DNA of 62,569 bases, the filler included, from Collodictyon triciliatum (Eukaryota): assembly GCA_043381765.1 (NCBI GenBank). It is 31 parts of 31 records of this genome, joined end to end, with 100 filler letters (N's around TTAATTAATTAA, not from the genome) between each part and the next. Parts side by side here need not be neighbours in the genome. Positions count along the whole stretch, not along the records: positions 30,387 to 32,310 come from JBHJMP010009901.1; positions 32,411 to 34,331 come from JBHJMP010009902.1; positions 34,432 to 36,351 come from JBHJMP010009903.1; positions 36,452 to 38,371 come from JBHJMP010009904.1; positions 38,472 to 40,394 come from JBHJMP010009905.1; positions 40,495 to 42,413 come from JBHJMP010009906.1; positions 42,514 to 44,432 come from JBHJMP010009907.1; 24 more parts are not named here. One strand, given 5' to 3'. Positions 30,620-44,532 of this stretch are shown one piece after another. Each line of letters opens with the position of its first letter. Position 1 is the first letter of the stretch. The notes beneath the pieces are model-generated. The model saw only the letters and a program-made list of their open reading frames with translations. It was not told the origin of the DNA and made no database searches. The translations under genes and the position numbers were made by a program.

Positions 30620-32014
30620 CAGGATCAAAAACATATGCATCTGCCGAGTACCCTGTTTGCGTATCTCCACCAAACATGAGCATTAGATTCCTTTCGGTCG
30701 ATTGAGACTTACCGAGTGCGTTTGATATAGCCATATTTAGTGTGTCTTTTTCGGTTCGTAAATGACTCGTGTCATCGCCTCGCTTCTCGTTTTGAGGAAT
30801 ATTTTGTGGTGATGAAATTGCTTGGTGTGCATTCACTGTGGCTAAAAACGTATCACTGGACTTTTTTCCCGGAAGTAAGGAGAATAGACTGGAACTAAGT
30901 AAACCATTGGGACCAGCTTTGTTCGCGTTTGTTTCTTGATTAATAATCCGTTGATTGAAAGAATTGGGAAGTATGATGGAGGCATGACAGCACCTTGGCT
31001 GGGGCGCAATCTGAAACGAGGACATTCGATGGCACTCCCACGTGAATGTTTCTGTTTAATTGTATGTTTACTTTTGATTGAGAAAAAGAAAAGCGAAGGT
31101 ATCGTTATTGAAATACTGTATTTACTTGTCTTTTCTTGTCTTTGAAATAATCACTAAGTTATCAACTCAAGTGAAGTTTTATGACATAAGATTCGAATTC
31201 ACCAAGATATTGATATGATAAGATATGTGGAGCAGAAGACAAACCTGTGTTCATTATAAATATATCAGAGAGCCACCTCTCAAAATCCCAGCCACCAAAC
31301 AAAATGATTCTTGAGACTGCATCATCCGCAACAACTGTATGGAAGTGCCGCGACGATGGACTAAGGCCAGTCTTTGATTGCTTTATCCAAGATCGACTTT
31401 CTGTGAATAAGGAAGTTGCATCTTTAGAGAGGCAAACATGTTCCAAAATATAGACACATATAAAAGAGATAAAGAAACAATACAAAAACACACAAAATAC
31501 AAGAAAACTCAAAATAGGGGGAAAATATTCAAAAAAATATAATGCAGAGAAAAAAGTTTACCGATATCGAATATATGAATAGAGTTGTGCAGCGGTTTAG
31601 AATCTCGCCGTCCGCCCAGAATCATAATTCTGCCGTCCCCGATGTAAGTGGCGGTGTGAAAGGCCCTCTCCCCAGCGGTACAATGGGATGAATACCGGAC
31701 CTGATGACACTCCATGTTGGCTGAACAGTATATATGAATATACAGTGGACAAAATCAGTAATAAAAAAAAGCATAAAAGCAATTCTGATATATATATATA
31801 AATATTATTTCAACCACATAATATAACTTCAAATACAGTCCCGACCTGTGTCGATTTCCCACATGTCGCTGTAGACTTTGCCGGTGGTGGAATGAAAACC
31901 GCCGTATATGAAGATAGATGAGCCGACGCGGGTTGCAGAGTGTCCATTGCGCGGTCCAATGGCCTCGAGTCCCGGGATTGTGAGTTTTACTACTCTGACG
32001 CGGACGGGTTGCAT
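30620..32014 (-). CDS. Kelch-repeat protein, 5' four exons
   Basis: PRNGHSATRVGSSIFIYGG, RAFHTATYIGDGRIMILGG, SRHFHT...IILFGGW, PRCCHAS...LMFGGD; phase-1 introns lie between repeats. Confidence 0.9.
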
Positions 32015-32410
32015 AACCCACTTGTCTGCTGCAGCCTATGCGGTTTTCACGAGTGTCAGTTTTGCCGACGGAGAGGCAGAAAGAGGCGTTTTTTTGTGTG
32101 TGAAGGAAAACCCGCTCTGGAACTAAAGAATACTGGGAAAGAAGCTGTTCTTTGCGTCCTTCGTTTGTGCTGTTGCTTTGGCGAAGGCTCAAAGGATCGC
32201 AAAAGAGAAAAGAGAGAAGAGAGAAGAGAGAAGAGAGAAGAGAGAAGAGAGAAGAGAGAAGAGAGAAGAGAGAAGAGAGAAAGAGAGAAAGAGAGAAAGA
32301 GAGAAGAGAGNNNNNNNNNNNNNNNNNNNNNNNNNNNNNNNNNNNNNNNNNNNNTTAATTAATTAANNNNNNNNNNNNNNNNNNNNNNNNNNNNNNNNNN
32401 NNNNNNNNNN

Positions 32411-32522
32411 CGCCCCAGTTGGTCACAATGACGTTCTCGTAGGCAGCGCCGACGTCCTCGAGGATTAGGCGCGGTGTCTCCATGCGGCCGCGGATGCCGA
32501 AGTAGTAGAGCTTGACAGACAT
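32411..32522 (-). CDS. Glutathione S-transferase N-terminus (Tyr-type, sigma/pi-like)
   Basis: MSVKLYYFGIRGRMETPRLILEDVGAAYENVIVTNWG; too short for the ORF track. Confidence 0.88.
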
Positions 32523-33451
32523 TGCTGGGTACCGGGTCGGGTCTTTCTCTCCTGCGGGTTGTGCGTTGCGTTGCGAATCGTGGGGTAGGTGTGATGAATG
32601 TGTGTTCTTGAGAGCACCTGCAACGGTTGTCTAAACACAAATCGTGCCGTTTATAAACTGTGTGTCTTCCCTTATTCAGAAAGGGCGTTGAATGTTCTAC
32701 GGCTTCAACTTGGGAACTTCTCCAGGGAATATTCTGGAAGCTACTTCTGAGGCCGGAAAGGATGGGGCGCATATGTGGAAATTAAGTTAAATGTTTCTAT
32801 AACTGCCCTATCCATCCAACCCCTTTGTAGTGAAGTTCGTGCCAGCCAATTTGTTACCAAACGAATGCTGATGCAGAAATGACAAAAAAACTTCAAACTT
32901 TAGGAAGTTCACTCGTAATTAAAGGGCAACACCATCGCATCCGTGATAGCACCGAGGTTCCCCATCATAAAAAAAAAAACAGCAATTCTTCCTGCGATTA
33001 TAGCCTCACGATATCCATGATAGTAAAGTTGCTGGCGGTTGTGAGTTTGGCTCCTTGCTAATATAAGATGTTTTTTTTTTTTTTGAAAAAGAGCGAAAAA
33101 AGAATCATGTTCGTCACATAATTACTTCTCTATACATACTGAATATTTTGGTATGTCGATTTCAACATCATACGGCGTGTACTTTTTTTTAACTAGCATT
33201 AAATTTAAGCATGATTTATAGCGTAGATGGTTGCGGTTGCTGGGAGATGACTCTGGAAGTTTGTTGGTATGAGCCTTCAGAACTTCTTTCTTGCAATATC
33301 TCCTTTTTTTTAATGCAGACACATCAGTGTTTAACTTTGAAAACACAATACACATTAAAAAAATTAAATGAAGAAATCAGACAAATGTATGAGTTATATG
33401 GAGATGCTTCACCAGGAATACTCTGAACTTTTTTTATTATCAGAGTGGGAT

Positions 33452-33569
33452 GCTAGCCTCTCCACAGTAGTGTCTTCTCCTACTCGCGTTTGCTCTCTAC
33501 CACGCGCACCTATCTCGTCTCTTTGTATGGCATAACCTTGCTGCACTTTGAATCGAATAAAGGAAAAAA
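33452..33569 (+). mobile_element. 118-bp retroposed element (SINE or 5'-truncated LINE 3'UTR) with AATAAA, A-tail and 16-bp TSD
   Basis: Flanked by ATTATCAGAGT(G/A)GGAT at 33436-33451 and 33570-33585; its 3' end recurs at 48758-48784 (minus) and 48341-48357. Confidence 0.75.
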
Positions 33570-34431
33570 ATTATCAGAGTAGGATAGTACGATCTAGTGT
33601 ATGAAGTAAAATATGTGCCAGTGAATTTGAATCGGAGTTGTGGGTCTCTGAACCACTGGGCACTTAGTGCCCAGTAGACCGTGTGCGACACGCATTTTTT
33701 GTAACCATACGGCGTGCCATTCTGCTGGTCTTTTTCCCATCACCCGAACAGCATGCGAGACATGACCATAGTTTTCGGGAAGACGACCAAGAGGAGAGGA
33801 ATGCAGCAAACAAACAGCCAGTTCACTCATAAAGTCGCCCGATGGCAAAACAAAAGTGGAATCTTCTTCTGAGCAGCAACAATTATTCACCGCCTTCTAT
33901 CCCTCACCAGCCTCGCCTTAAACCAATGGCTTAAGAGGAAAGATAAGGTATAAAAGAAGGGGAAAAGCAAGAAGGCAGGCATGCTTGCGAGAAAATGCAA
34001 ACATCCGCTTTTGTTGAGCCAAAGGGGGCTATTAATTGTTTGACTGGTTTATCATTCGCCACACCTCTCTCACTCTCGGTTCGACTATGCAGAAGAGCAC
34101 AAGAGGCCGTCATTAGCCGAGAGGGTTTCATCCTTGACCCACAATAAGCCCCACAAAAACATAAACAAAAACTTAGACATAGACATAGACATAGACATAG
34201 ACAAAAACAAAAACAAAAACAAAAACAAAAACAAAAACAAAAACAAAAGCAAACAAACAAAAAACAAAAACAAACAAAAAACAAAAAACAAAAAACAAAA
34301 AACAAAAAACAAAAAACAAAAAACAAAAAACNNNNNNNNNNNNNNNNNNNNNNNNNNNNNNNNNNNNNNNNNNNNTTAATTAATTAANNNNNNNNNNNNN
34401 NNNNNNNNNNNNNNNNNNNNNNNNNNNNNNN

Positions 34432-34534
<103 letters not shown>

Positions 34535-34678
34535 GGTAATATCTTGCCACTCTATTTGTCCTCTTTTTTCTTCGTTTTTTTTAACTACATGTGGCCTTAA
34601 AAGCACGTCAGCTTTCTTCACCTATTTTGAATGAGGGACTCAATCCTATTCTGTTATCTTGACTGGTATTCACGCAAG

Positions 34679-36139
<1,461 letters not shown>

Positions 36140-36247
36140 GTAAGAATGATTTTTACGCCAATCGTTACAAGTTTCACAAAAGTCGAGTTAGTGCTAAATC
36201 GTTGATTTTTATTGTTGTTATAATTAAAACAACCTAATCTTTGTCTT

Positions 36248-36315
<68 letters not shown>

Positions 36316-36451
36316 TTTTTTAATTTAAAAAATTTTTTAAAATATTGAAAANNNNNNNNNNNNNNNNNNNNNNNNNNNNNNNNNNNNNNNNNNNNTTAAT
36401 TAATTAANNNNNNNNNNNNNNNNNNNNNNNNNNNNNNNNNNNNNNNNNNNN

Positions 36452-36750
36452 AATATAAATACAAATATAAATATAAATATAAATATAAATATAAATATAA
36501 ATATAAATATAAATATAAATATAAATATAAATATAAATATAAATATAAATATAAATATAAATATAAATATAAATACAAATATAAATACAAATATAAATAT
36601 AAATATAAATATATATAAATATAGATATAGATATAGATATAAATGAAAATGAAAATGAAAGTGAAAATGAAAATGAAAATGAAAATGAAAATGAAAATGA
36701 AAATGAAAATGAAAGTGAAAGTGAAAATGAAAGTGAAAGTGAAAATGAAA
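36452..36750. repeat. Compound hexamer microsatellite (AAATAT)n to (AGATAT)n to (AAAATG/AAAGTG)n
   Basis: Directly visible. Confidence 0.95.
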
Positions 36751-38692
36751 TGAGCTCATCGTGTAGTGAAGTGCTGAAGAAGAAAAAAGGGATATTGAAG
36801 AAAGAGAGCGAAAAGAAAAATGATAAAAAAAAATTTAAGAGTTGTGAGCCAAAGGCCGAGATTCAGCTGCTTTGAATGTTTGAATCGCGCTGCATTTCTG
36901 GAATTGCAAGGGCGCAGCGAGCTGCAACACGCTGGACAAAACCCCCTGAATCGGCCTGGTCTGCATTTGATTTGCACAAGCTTTCATTTTCTCAGGACTT
37001 GGGATGGCGCTTTCTCCATACTTTTTCTTTGGGCGCCAATGCAATAATCGGGCTTTGATGGTGCACGTTGTCAAGTAAGCCGATTAATGCTATCCTGAAT
37101 GTATTATTTTTTTTTAACGAATGGTATCGCTCACGCGCTAAAGGCTTTCAATATTTCAGCTGGCGATGGATTAAGCATGTATCCTGCATAGATTAGAGGC
37201 CATCTACGTAAAGTCTCACCATTTGATATGATGCAGTGAAATCTGCAAACTTATTTTCGTTATTATTTTTTTTATCTGTTCAAATCTCGAGAGTATGACC
37301 GCACAGGAGCCTGTGAATCATTCTTATCATAGCGGTCCAGAGGAGATACTTGAACTTATTTGCCAAGTGGTGATATGTATGGGAAAGAAAAATCACGCGT
37401 AGCGCGCATATTTCCTTGAAGACTGGTGTATTTACATCTAACTATGTTGCAGGAAAAAGGTTTCGGAACGAAGGAACGAATCGTAGGAGTGTTTTTGAAG
37501 AGAATTCGCCAATCACATCCGATATCACATAAGCTCATGCATTCGTCCAATAGCCTTGTAAAGTTTTGACCACCTCGATGGATTCGCATCTGAATGTCAA
37601 ATACATAGAAACTCATCTAGTTCAGCTTCCTCTATAATGTAAAAACATAAAGGCAAACAAGCCCAACTCGATACCAGCATTGGCATAAAAAAATTACACT
37701 GGTCTAAGTTGTACTCAAATGCTAAAGAAAGGATAGAATTCTGCGTTATTATCAGCTTTCTAATCATTGAAAGAACAAACAAATGAATGAATGCAACCGA
37801 TTACATCAAAGAAAACTTGTGCAGATACTCCCTTGCCCAATGTTACACGTCTCAGACAAGTATGCGAGTGTGTTTGGTACTAACAAACATTTGGCTTGCT
37901 TCTCAATCACAACCGCCATTATAATTAACACAACACCAACGAAGGAACCTTGCTTCGGCACGCACGCAAAATACAAAGAGCTTAACTCTTCAGTCCCTAT
38001 TTCTTTTTTCTTTTTTTCTTTCATTTTTTCATCTTTTTTCATTTTTTTTTTCATTTTTCATTTTTAATTTTTTTTCTTTTTTTTTTCTTTTTTCACATTT
38101 TCTTCCATTTTTTTTCTTTTTGGAGAAGGGGACAGAGGTTTGCGCAGCCCAGCCCTTAAACCCCACTCCCAATGGAACTGTGAACTGAAGTGAATCGATG
38201 CACACACTGGCAGAATGTGTTTCCCAACTATATCGCGACATGCTTACTTCGGCTCGGCAGCAAATACTCCTTTTCTTTTGTGAATTTCGTTTCACTGCGT
38301 TTCTCTGCGGAACACAACGAACCCAACGAGCACTTTTCACATACAAGCTTATCTACTTTCAAGACAAAAAANNNNNNNNNNNNNNNNNNNNNNNNNNNNN
38401 NNNNNNNNNNNNNNNTTAATTAATTAANNNNNNNNNNNNNNNNNNNNNNNNNNNNNNNNNNNNNNNNNNNNTTTTTATTTTATTTTTATTTTATTTTTTA
38501 TTTTATTTTTTATTTTATTTTTTTGTTTTATTTTTTTGTTTTATTTTTTTGTTTTATTTTTTTTGTTTTATTTTTTTGTTTTATTTTTTTTGTTTTATTT
38601 TTTGTTTTATGCTTTGTTCGTGATATCATGGGATTCATAATGCATCTACACAAGAAATCTGAAAAGAATAAAGAAAAGAAAGACATCCTCAC

Positions 38693-40142
38693 AAGTGTTA
38701 GCTGCTTGGCTTCGAGTCCTCGTGTTTTATTTTTATCGACCATTTCGAGACTGTCCCCTGATGAATGTGTGTATTTGTGCGATTTTAGGTTCATAGCAAC
38801 CAAATATGTCAAGGCACAAAAACACTCCATAATGAGATATGGACAGAGGCAGAGAGAAAAAAAAAAAGAAACGATAAGCGGGCTGCTATGTGTATGTGAC
38901 AATACTATTGAAATGGATGAGAAAAAATAATTCAAACAACCGGATAGTACAAATTAACCTATGCGGACGACAGTCTGACCAACCGCCGTAATTTTCGAGT
39001 CTAGTTCTTGAAATTTTTCCATAATTTTCTATTGATAAGCGTTACATTTAAGGTGGGCGAATAGTGCCGCTTAAGAAAAAAAAAGGCGAATAATTATATC
39101 ATACAAATTTTATCCATAGAACAGTGCTTTTTTTCTTGCCATAAAGTATTATTAATAATAAGGAAATAGATAATAATGGAACCTCTCCATTAATGGATAT
39201 TTGCTCCAGAGATTCACGGTGTTCTTTCTCAGCATTATCAATTTTTTGACCCAACAGTTCAATTTTTCGCTCAGTCTAAAAGGGAGATAATTTCTTCCTT
39301 TCAATGATTATAAAAACATAAAGAAAAACCATATGGAAGATAATAAATTACGTATATAAACGTATTGTGATGTTGGTGCTCAGATTGAATATGATATTGA
39401 AATTAAAAAATACTTCTTCGTTCAACGAACCCAGTTCAGAGATATATAATTCCATCGGGCGCAGAAGCAAGCTGGGGTCGGACATATTTACTATAAGTCA
39501 GGAAGGAAAGTTAATGCATGATTTCTTGACGACCGACTAAATAAATTTGTAAGAATCTCTCACATCAAAAGAAACCTGGAAAATAAAATTGAGTTTATGA
39601 AATAAAATCGGAATGATGGATATGCAATTTTTAATGCAGGTGCCAAGTGAGAAAACTATTTAAAGATACACTTTGATACGTACAAAGAATTTCTATTTTT
39701 AGAAGTAATACATGATTTCCCTGCTGGACCAAGTAACCCTCTAGTAATATCTTCGACGAATGAGTTGATGTCCATGTCTCCCTGTTACGATGAAAGTATT
39801 ATTTCGTTTCCATACTATCTTGGTGGCATAAAATTAGGTGATGATTCTTGAGACAATGCCATAAAATTTGGGACTGAGTGTTTCATAAAAGATATTTCCT
39901 ATAATACTTTACAACGACATGCATTTAAAAGGAGAAAATGTCCATCGCATGTGTCGAAGAGTATTGAAATAATATCCCAAATAAGAGAAAGACAATCCCC
40001 ATAACTCGTCGAGAATGAAAGCAAACCTCAAATTTATCCGCGGTAAACTTCATCATCGGAGCAGAAGATTGAGATTTCGTTACACTTGTTTCTGCGAACG
40101 AATATCCACCGTATTCGCTGCTGTTCGGCGTAGGTTTGATAG
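38693..40142 (-). CDS. SEC10: Exocyst complex component Sec10 (EXOC5), N-terminal exons
   Basis: Six phase-compatible exons: FTADKFE|GDMDINSFVEDI...|TERKIELL...|KIMEKFQELDSKITAVGQTVVRIG|DSLEMVDKNKTRGLEAKQL. Confidence 0.88.
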
Positions 40143-40494
40143 CTATGAAGATGAAATGCTTATTCTTCCTTATCTACTTTTTTCTTTCTTTTAATAAAAA
40201 CCCATCAATCTTTCTTCTTCCTATGAATATAGCTACTTGGGTTATGAGATCCTGCGGTGGAATGGGTAACACTCAAAAAAAAAAAAAACTCAACCCGAGC
40301 GAGGAGAATAAGTAAATATAGCACACCATAAACACACCCATACACACACAAAAAAAAAAAAAAAAAAAAAAAAAAAACACCACCCACGCGAAAANNNNNN
40401 NNNNNNNNNNNNNNNNNNNNNNNNNNNNNNNNNNNNNNTTAATTAATTAANNNNNNNNNNNNNNNNNNNNNNNNNNNNNNNNNNNNNNNNNNNN

Positions 40495-41638
40495 GTTTTT
40501 AGTATGTGGAGTTCCAAGCTTGGATTCGACTTGTGGTGTTTGCTCTTGCTCCTTGGTTCTCGGTGCGACGGGCTGGGGCAGGGTAAACGGACTATATTTG
40601 GTGGGCGCTGGTTCTTGTGTTGCCTTCGATTTGGAGTATTCTTTCGGATAAGTAACGAAGACTGCCTTGAGGCCTCCTATGTTAACCATATTCACGTCAG
40701 TCTGAATGAGTAGTTTAAGATGGATTTCTTTTGGGGTTTGGAGATGCGCTGCTCTTGGGTCTTGCGATGTGCGGGCTTGTCCGGTGTTGGCGGTGAAGGC
40801 TCGAGTGCGAGGATTCTGAAGAGGAACCGAGATTTCCTTCCATGTCATCGTCGCTGTCGCTGTATGTGCGTATCTGCTGTGAGTCTTGCGGACTCTGTTG
40901 TTGCCTGGTCTTGGCTTCCTTGGCCCCGATGCTGCTTGTCTGCTTGGCAGGTGCATTCTTTTGTGGGGCTTTTACTTGTCGTTTGTTGTTCGCGGTTGGC
41001 GGACGCTCTTTGAGGATGCGCTTTGGACACTTTTTACTCATGACTGTAAACTTTGCAGGGAGCTGGTTCTTGTGGCAAAGAAGCTTCACCATGGCCGTGT
41101 CTGTAAAGAAGCCTTTGTCCTTTTTGATCTCCACGTGGGTCGGTCTGAACGGCTTCAGCTGCTCACGAAGGAGTTGCGGCCACACGTCCAGTGGTAGTTG
41201 GTAGAGCATCACCGAGGTCTCTGTTGGTTTACTTCTGCTGAAGCTGATCGTAATATCGATCAAACGTACCTGCTTCAGTTTCAGAAGCTTTCGGGCGTTT
41301 TCTGCATTGCGAAAGGCGATCAGGCAAAGGCCTTCGCTGTCCGGTAAGCGCAATTGGATGGACTCTTCCCAAAGCTTGTTCGCTTTCAAGAAGGAGGCGA
41401 GCGCATCTGTGAGTCTGCGGGTCTTGTTCTTGTAAACGATTTGCTTGACAACGTGCAAAAATACTGTCCGATCAGACAGACTTGCAGGCGTCTTCCTTGC
41501 ATGAGTCTTCCTAGACTTACGTGCAACTCGGGGTTTTTCCGCGCCAGCGTTGGAACCAGAAGAACTGGCTGCAACTTGCGGAGGCTTCGACGGGTCGCGG
41601 CTTGCGCCGATCTCCCCGTCTCGGCTCGTGTTTTCCAT
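40495..41638 (-). mobile_element. Putative non-LTR retrotransposon ORF1 (RRM-like core plus basic/Ser-rich tail)
   Basis: Intronless 307-aa ORF with LCLIAFRNAENARKLL and TSVMLYQLPLDV, typical of L1/Tx1 ORF1 RRMs; 40495-40570 has a near-identical copy at 60658-60733. Confidence 0.6.
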
Positions 41639-42513
41639 CAGGCGCGGGAAGCTTGATTTAAAGTCAGTTTTGATTTATTCTGAATCCCGGTTGTGAGCGT
41701 TTGGTTGAGAATCTGTGTATCTTGATATAAACGAACTTTAAAATTTAGTATATTCTCTGGATGGGTGTCAAACATACATAGCAATAAGATAAAAAGGGCA
41801 TTTATTTTTACAGAGTTGAAAGAAATTCAAAAGTATGGTGTGCGCAAATCGAAACGCTACTTTTTCCAATATTCAAGGTTTCAGACCGTCTTTTCACTTT
41901 ACACCAGTTAGGATGTCATTCAGCTTAATCCCTTATTCTTAGAAGGAAAGATATGTTGATATAAAACAGGAAGTGTTAATAATAAAAAAAAAATTGAAAC
42001 TGTACGTGTTATATGCATACCAATTTTTTGATGTAGATTTCAAGAAAATGATGTATAAAAAACGCCCATGTCACATTAGTTTTGATGAGAAGTGAGAGAG
42101 GATACGAGAATGACAATGCCCACAAGGGTTCAGTAGTATATGAATCGCATGAGCCCATAGACATATGCTTACCCAAAATCGAAAAGAAAAATGGAAAAAG
42201 GTGACATGCAGAACTTAGATGAATATCGAATTTCCAAATTCAAAAAAAAAACGACTTGGTGATGGTAGCTACTTTATATCCTCCTTCTATGATTCCTTAG
42301 TATGTGTTCTATTTTTGTTTTTTGTTTTTTGTTTTTTGTTTTTTGTTTTTTGTTTTTTGTTTTTTGTTTTTTGTTTTTTGTTTTTTGTTTTTTGTTTTTT
42401 GTTTTTTTGTTTTNNNNNNNNNNNNNNNNNNNNNNNNNNNNNNNNNNNNNNNNNNNNTTAATTAATTAANNNNNNNNNNNNNNNNNNNNNNNNNNNNNNN
42501 NNNNNNNNNNNNN

Positions 42514-42544
42514 AAAAAAAGCGATGATATTCATCGCTTTTTTT
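42514..42544. terminator. Bidirectional rho-independent terminator-like hairpin
   Basis: A7-GCGATGA-TAT-TCATCGC-T7 perfect inverted repeat. Confidence 0.75.
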
Positions 42545-42649
42545 GTTATATTGGTATATATTTTCAGTTATGAAACTAATTTTAGACTTTGTTTATTTGA
42601 TGTAACTTTCCCAAAAATACTTTATTTTCTCACTTAAATCTGTCAAATT

Positions 42650-44432
42650 ATGAAAAAGATTATTCATCTTGGAATTTTGATTTTCATCATCATTTGTTCA
42701 CCTATTAATGTTTTCTCAATATTGATTGGCTATGGTTCAGTAGAATTTATCTATAAAGATATGATTGTAGTTAATTCACCAACTGATTTTGGGAAATATG
42801 CAATGATAATGGAAGATAACGCTACATTGGAATTGATTACAGGAGAAAGAGTTCCTATAAGAAGCCACAACCTAAAGAAAGGAACGGTAATTGAGTTTAT
42901 GGCTTATGGGATAGATTTACGTTTAGTTTCAGCTAAGATAGTCTACGGTGGAGAGAATGCTGAATACATTGAAATTGGAAGTCTAAGTTATTTTAATGTA
43001 AAAAATAATTCTTTAGAAGTAAATGGAAATTATTTAACCTGTAATGATTCAACAAAATATCACACAAATGGTAAACTAATCGACCGATCAACTTTAAAAA
43101 GAACAGATTTAGTAAAAGTTAGTTATTTTGTTGATAACTATTTTCAGTCAAATGTTGTTGAAGTCGAATTATTATATGGTACAAATACTTCTTTAAAAAG
43201 AACTAATATCATTCTTAGTTTGGAAAAGAATGTATTGACTATTGGCGACCCAAACAATCATCATCTACAAGAAAAGTTCATTGTTACTGATCAATCAAAA
43301 ATTTAAAACAAAGAATTTGTCATTATCTCAAGAGATAGTTTACAGAAGAATTTGTTGGTAGATATTCATTCTTGGTATGATACAACAACTTCAACCTTTT
43401 TTGCTTATGAGATTCATATTCTTCCATCTCCTACAGAGCATGAATTTAATATTGTCAATACTCCAATGGATTATTGGTTTGATAGATTTATCACAGAGTT
43501 TGGCAACTTAACATATTTTCCATGGCCAAATTTTACAAATCTTAATGGCAAACAAGTGATAATTTCAGATGTTATATATGCTAAAGCGAAAAACTTTTCT
43601 TCTTTTTTAACAAGAGACACTTCAAGACAATGGATTTATTCTATGAAAGAAATGTCTTCGACTCCAAAAGAATTCACCTTTGACGCTGTAATTACAGATA
43701 GAAATTTGGTAACAACAAATAATGGTTATTATACTAATGCTGAACTCAATTCTTCTCAAAGAATTAATTATTCCATTGAAATTGATAGGGCAAAATCTCA
43801 AATGAATGGAATTGAGCATGATAGTTTGATTAACAAAAAATTGAGAATCACAACCAGAAATGGATCAAATGTTAATAATAACGCTTCTGTTGTTAGTGAG
43901 GTTATTGGGGTAGATGTTCTTCAAAATGAAGAACCATCTGTGATGTTTGGTTTAGTCTCTCATACATCAGATACTTCTTTTTCTATTAACTCAATTGAAA
44001 TATCACAATCTTCAAATTCCCAAATTGTACCATCTTTTACAATTGAAGGTGAGGAACCATTACTTTCTGTGGGTGATTTTTTGGTTGTAGTATTAGATAC
44101 CACATCTCAATTGCAAGCTAAAACGATTTATAAATTTTATTCTACGGAAATTATTGGAAGAATGTCTTCACTTGATGAAAATTCAATAACAGTTTCTGGT
44201 TTGACATTTCCAATTTCCGAGAAAACTTACTTTCGAGGCTTCGGAAACCAAGTAATTACTCAAGATAAAATTGAAAAGAATTCCATTGTTTTGGCTGTAA
44301 CGTATTTTGGTCCAACTGAAGCATTTCAATATATTTCCAAGGATTTGTTCAAAAATTCATCAAATTCAACAGAATCTTTTGTTCGATTTGTCTATCATAT
44401 TTATGGTCCTGACCCAGTTTCGACAAACGAGC
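42650..44432 (+). CDS. Bacterial secreted protein with DUF5666-like beta repeats, interrupted by one in-frame TAA
   Basis: MKKII+hydrophobic signal peptide, no introns or microsatellites, repeats such as EIIGRMSSLDENSITVSGLTFPISEKTYF; ORFs 42650-43306 and 43352 onward share a frame. Confidence 0.7.
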
Positions 44433-44532
44433 NNNNNNNNNNNNNNNNNNNNNNNNNNNNNNNNNNNNNNNNNNNNTTAATTAATTAANNNNNNNNNNNN
44501 NNNNNNNNNNNNNNNNNNNNNNNNNNNNNNNN

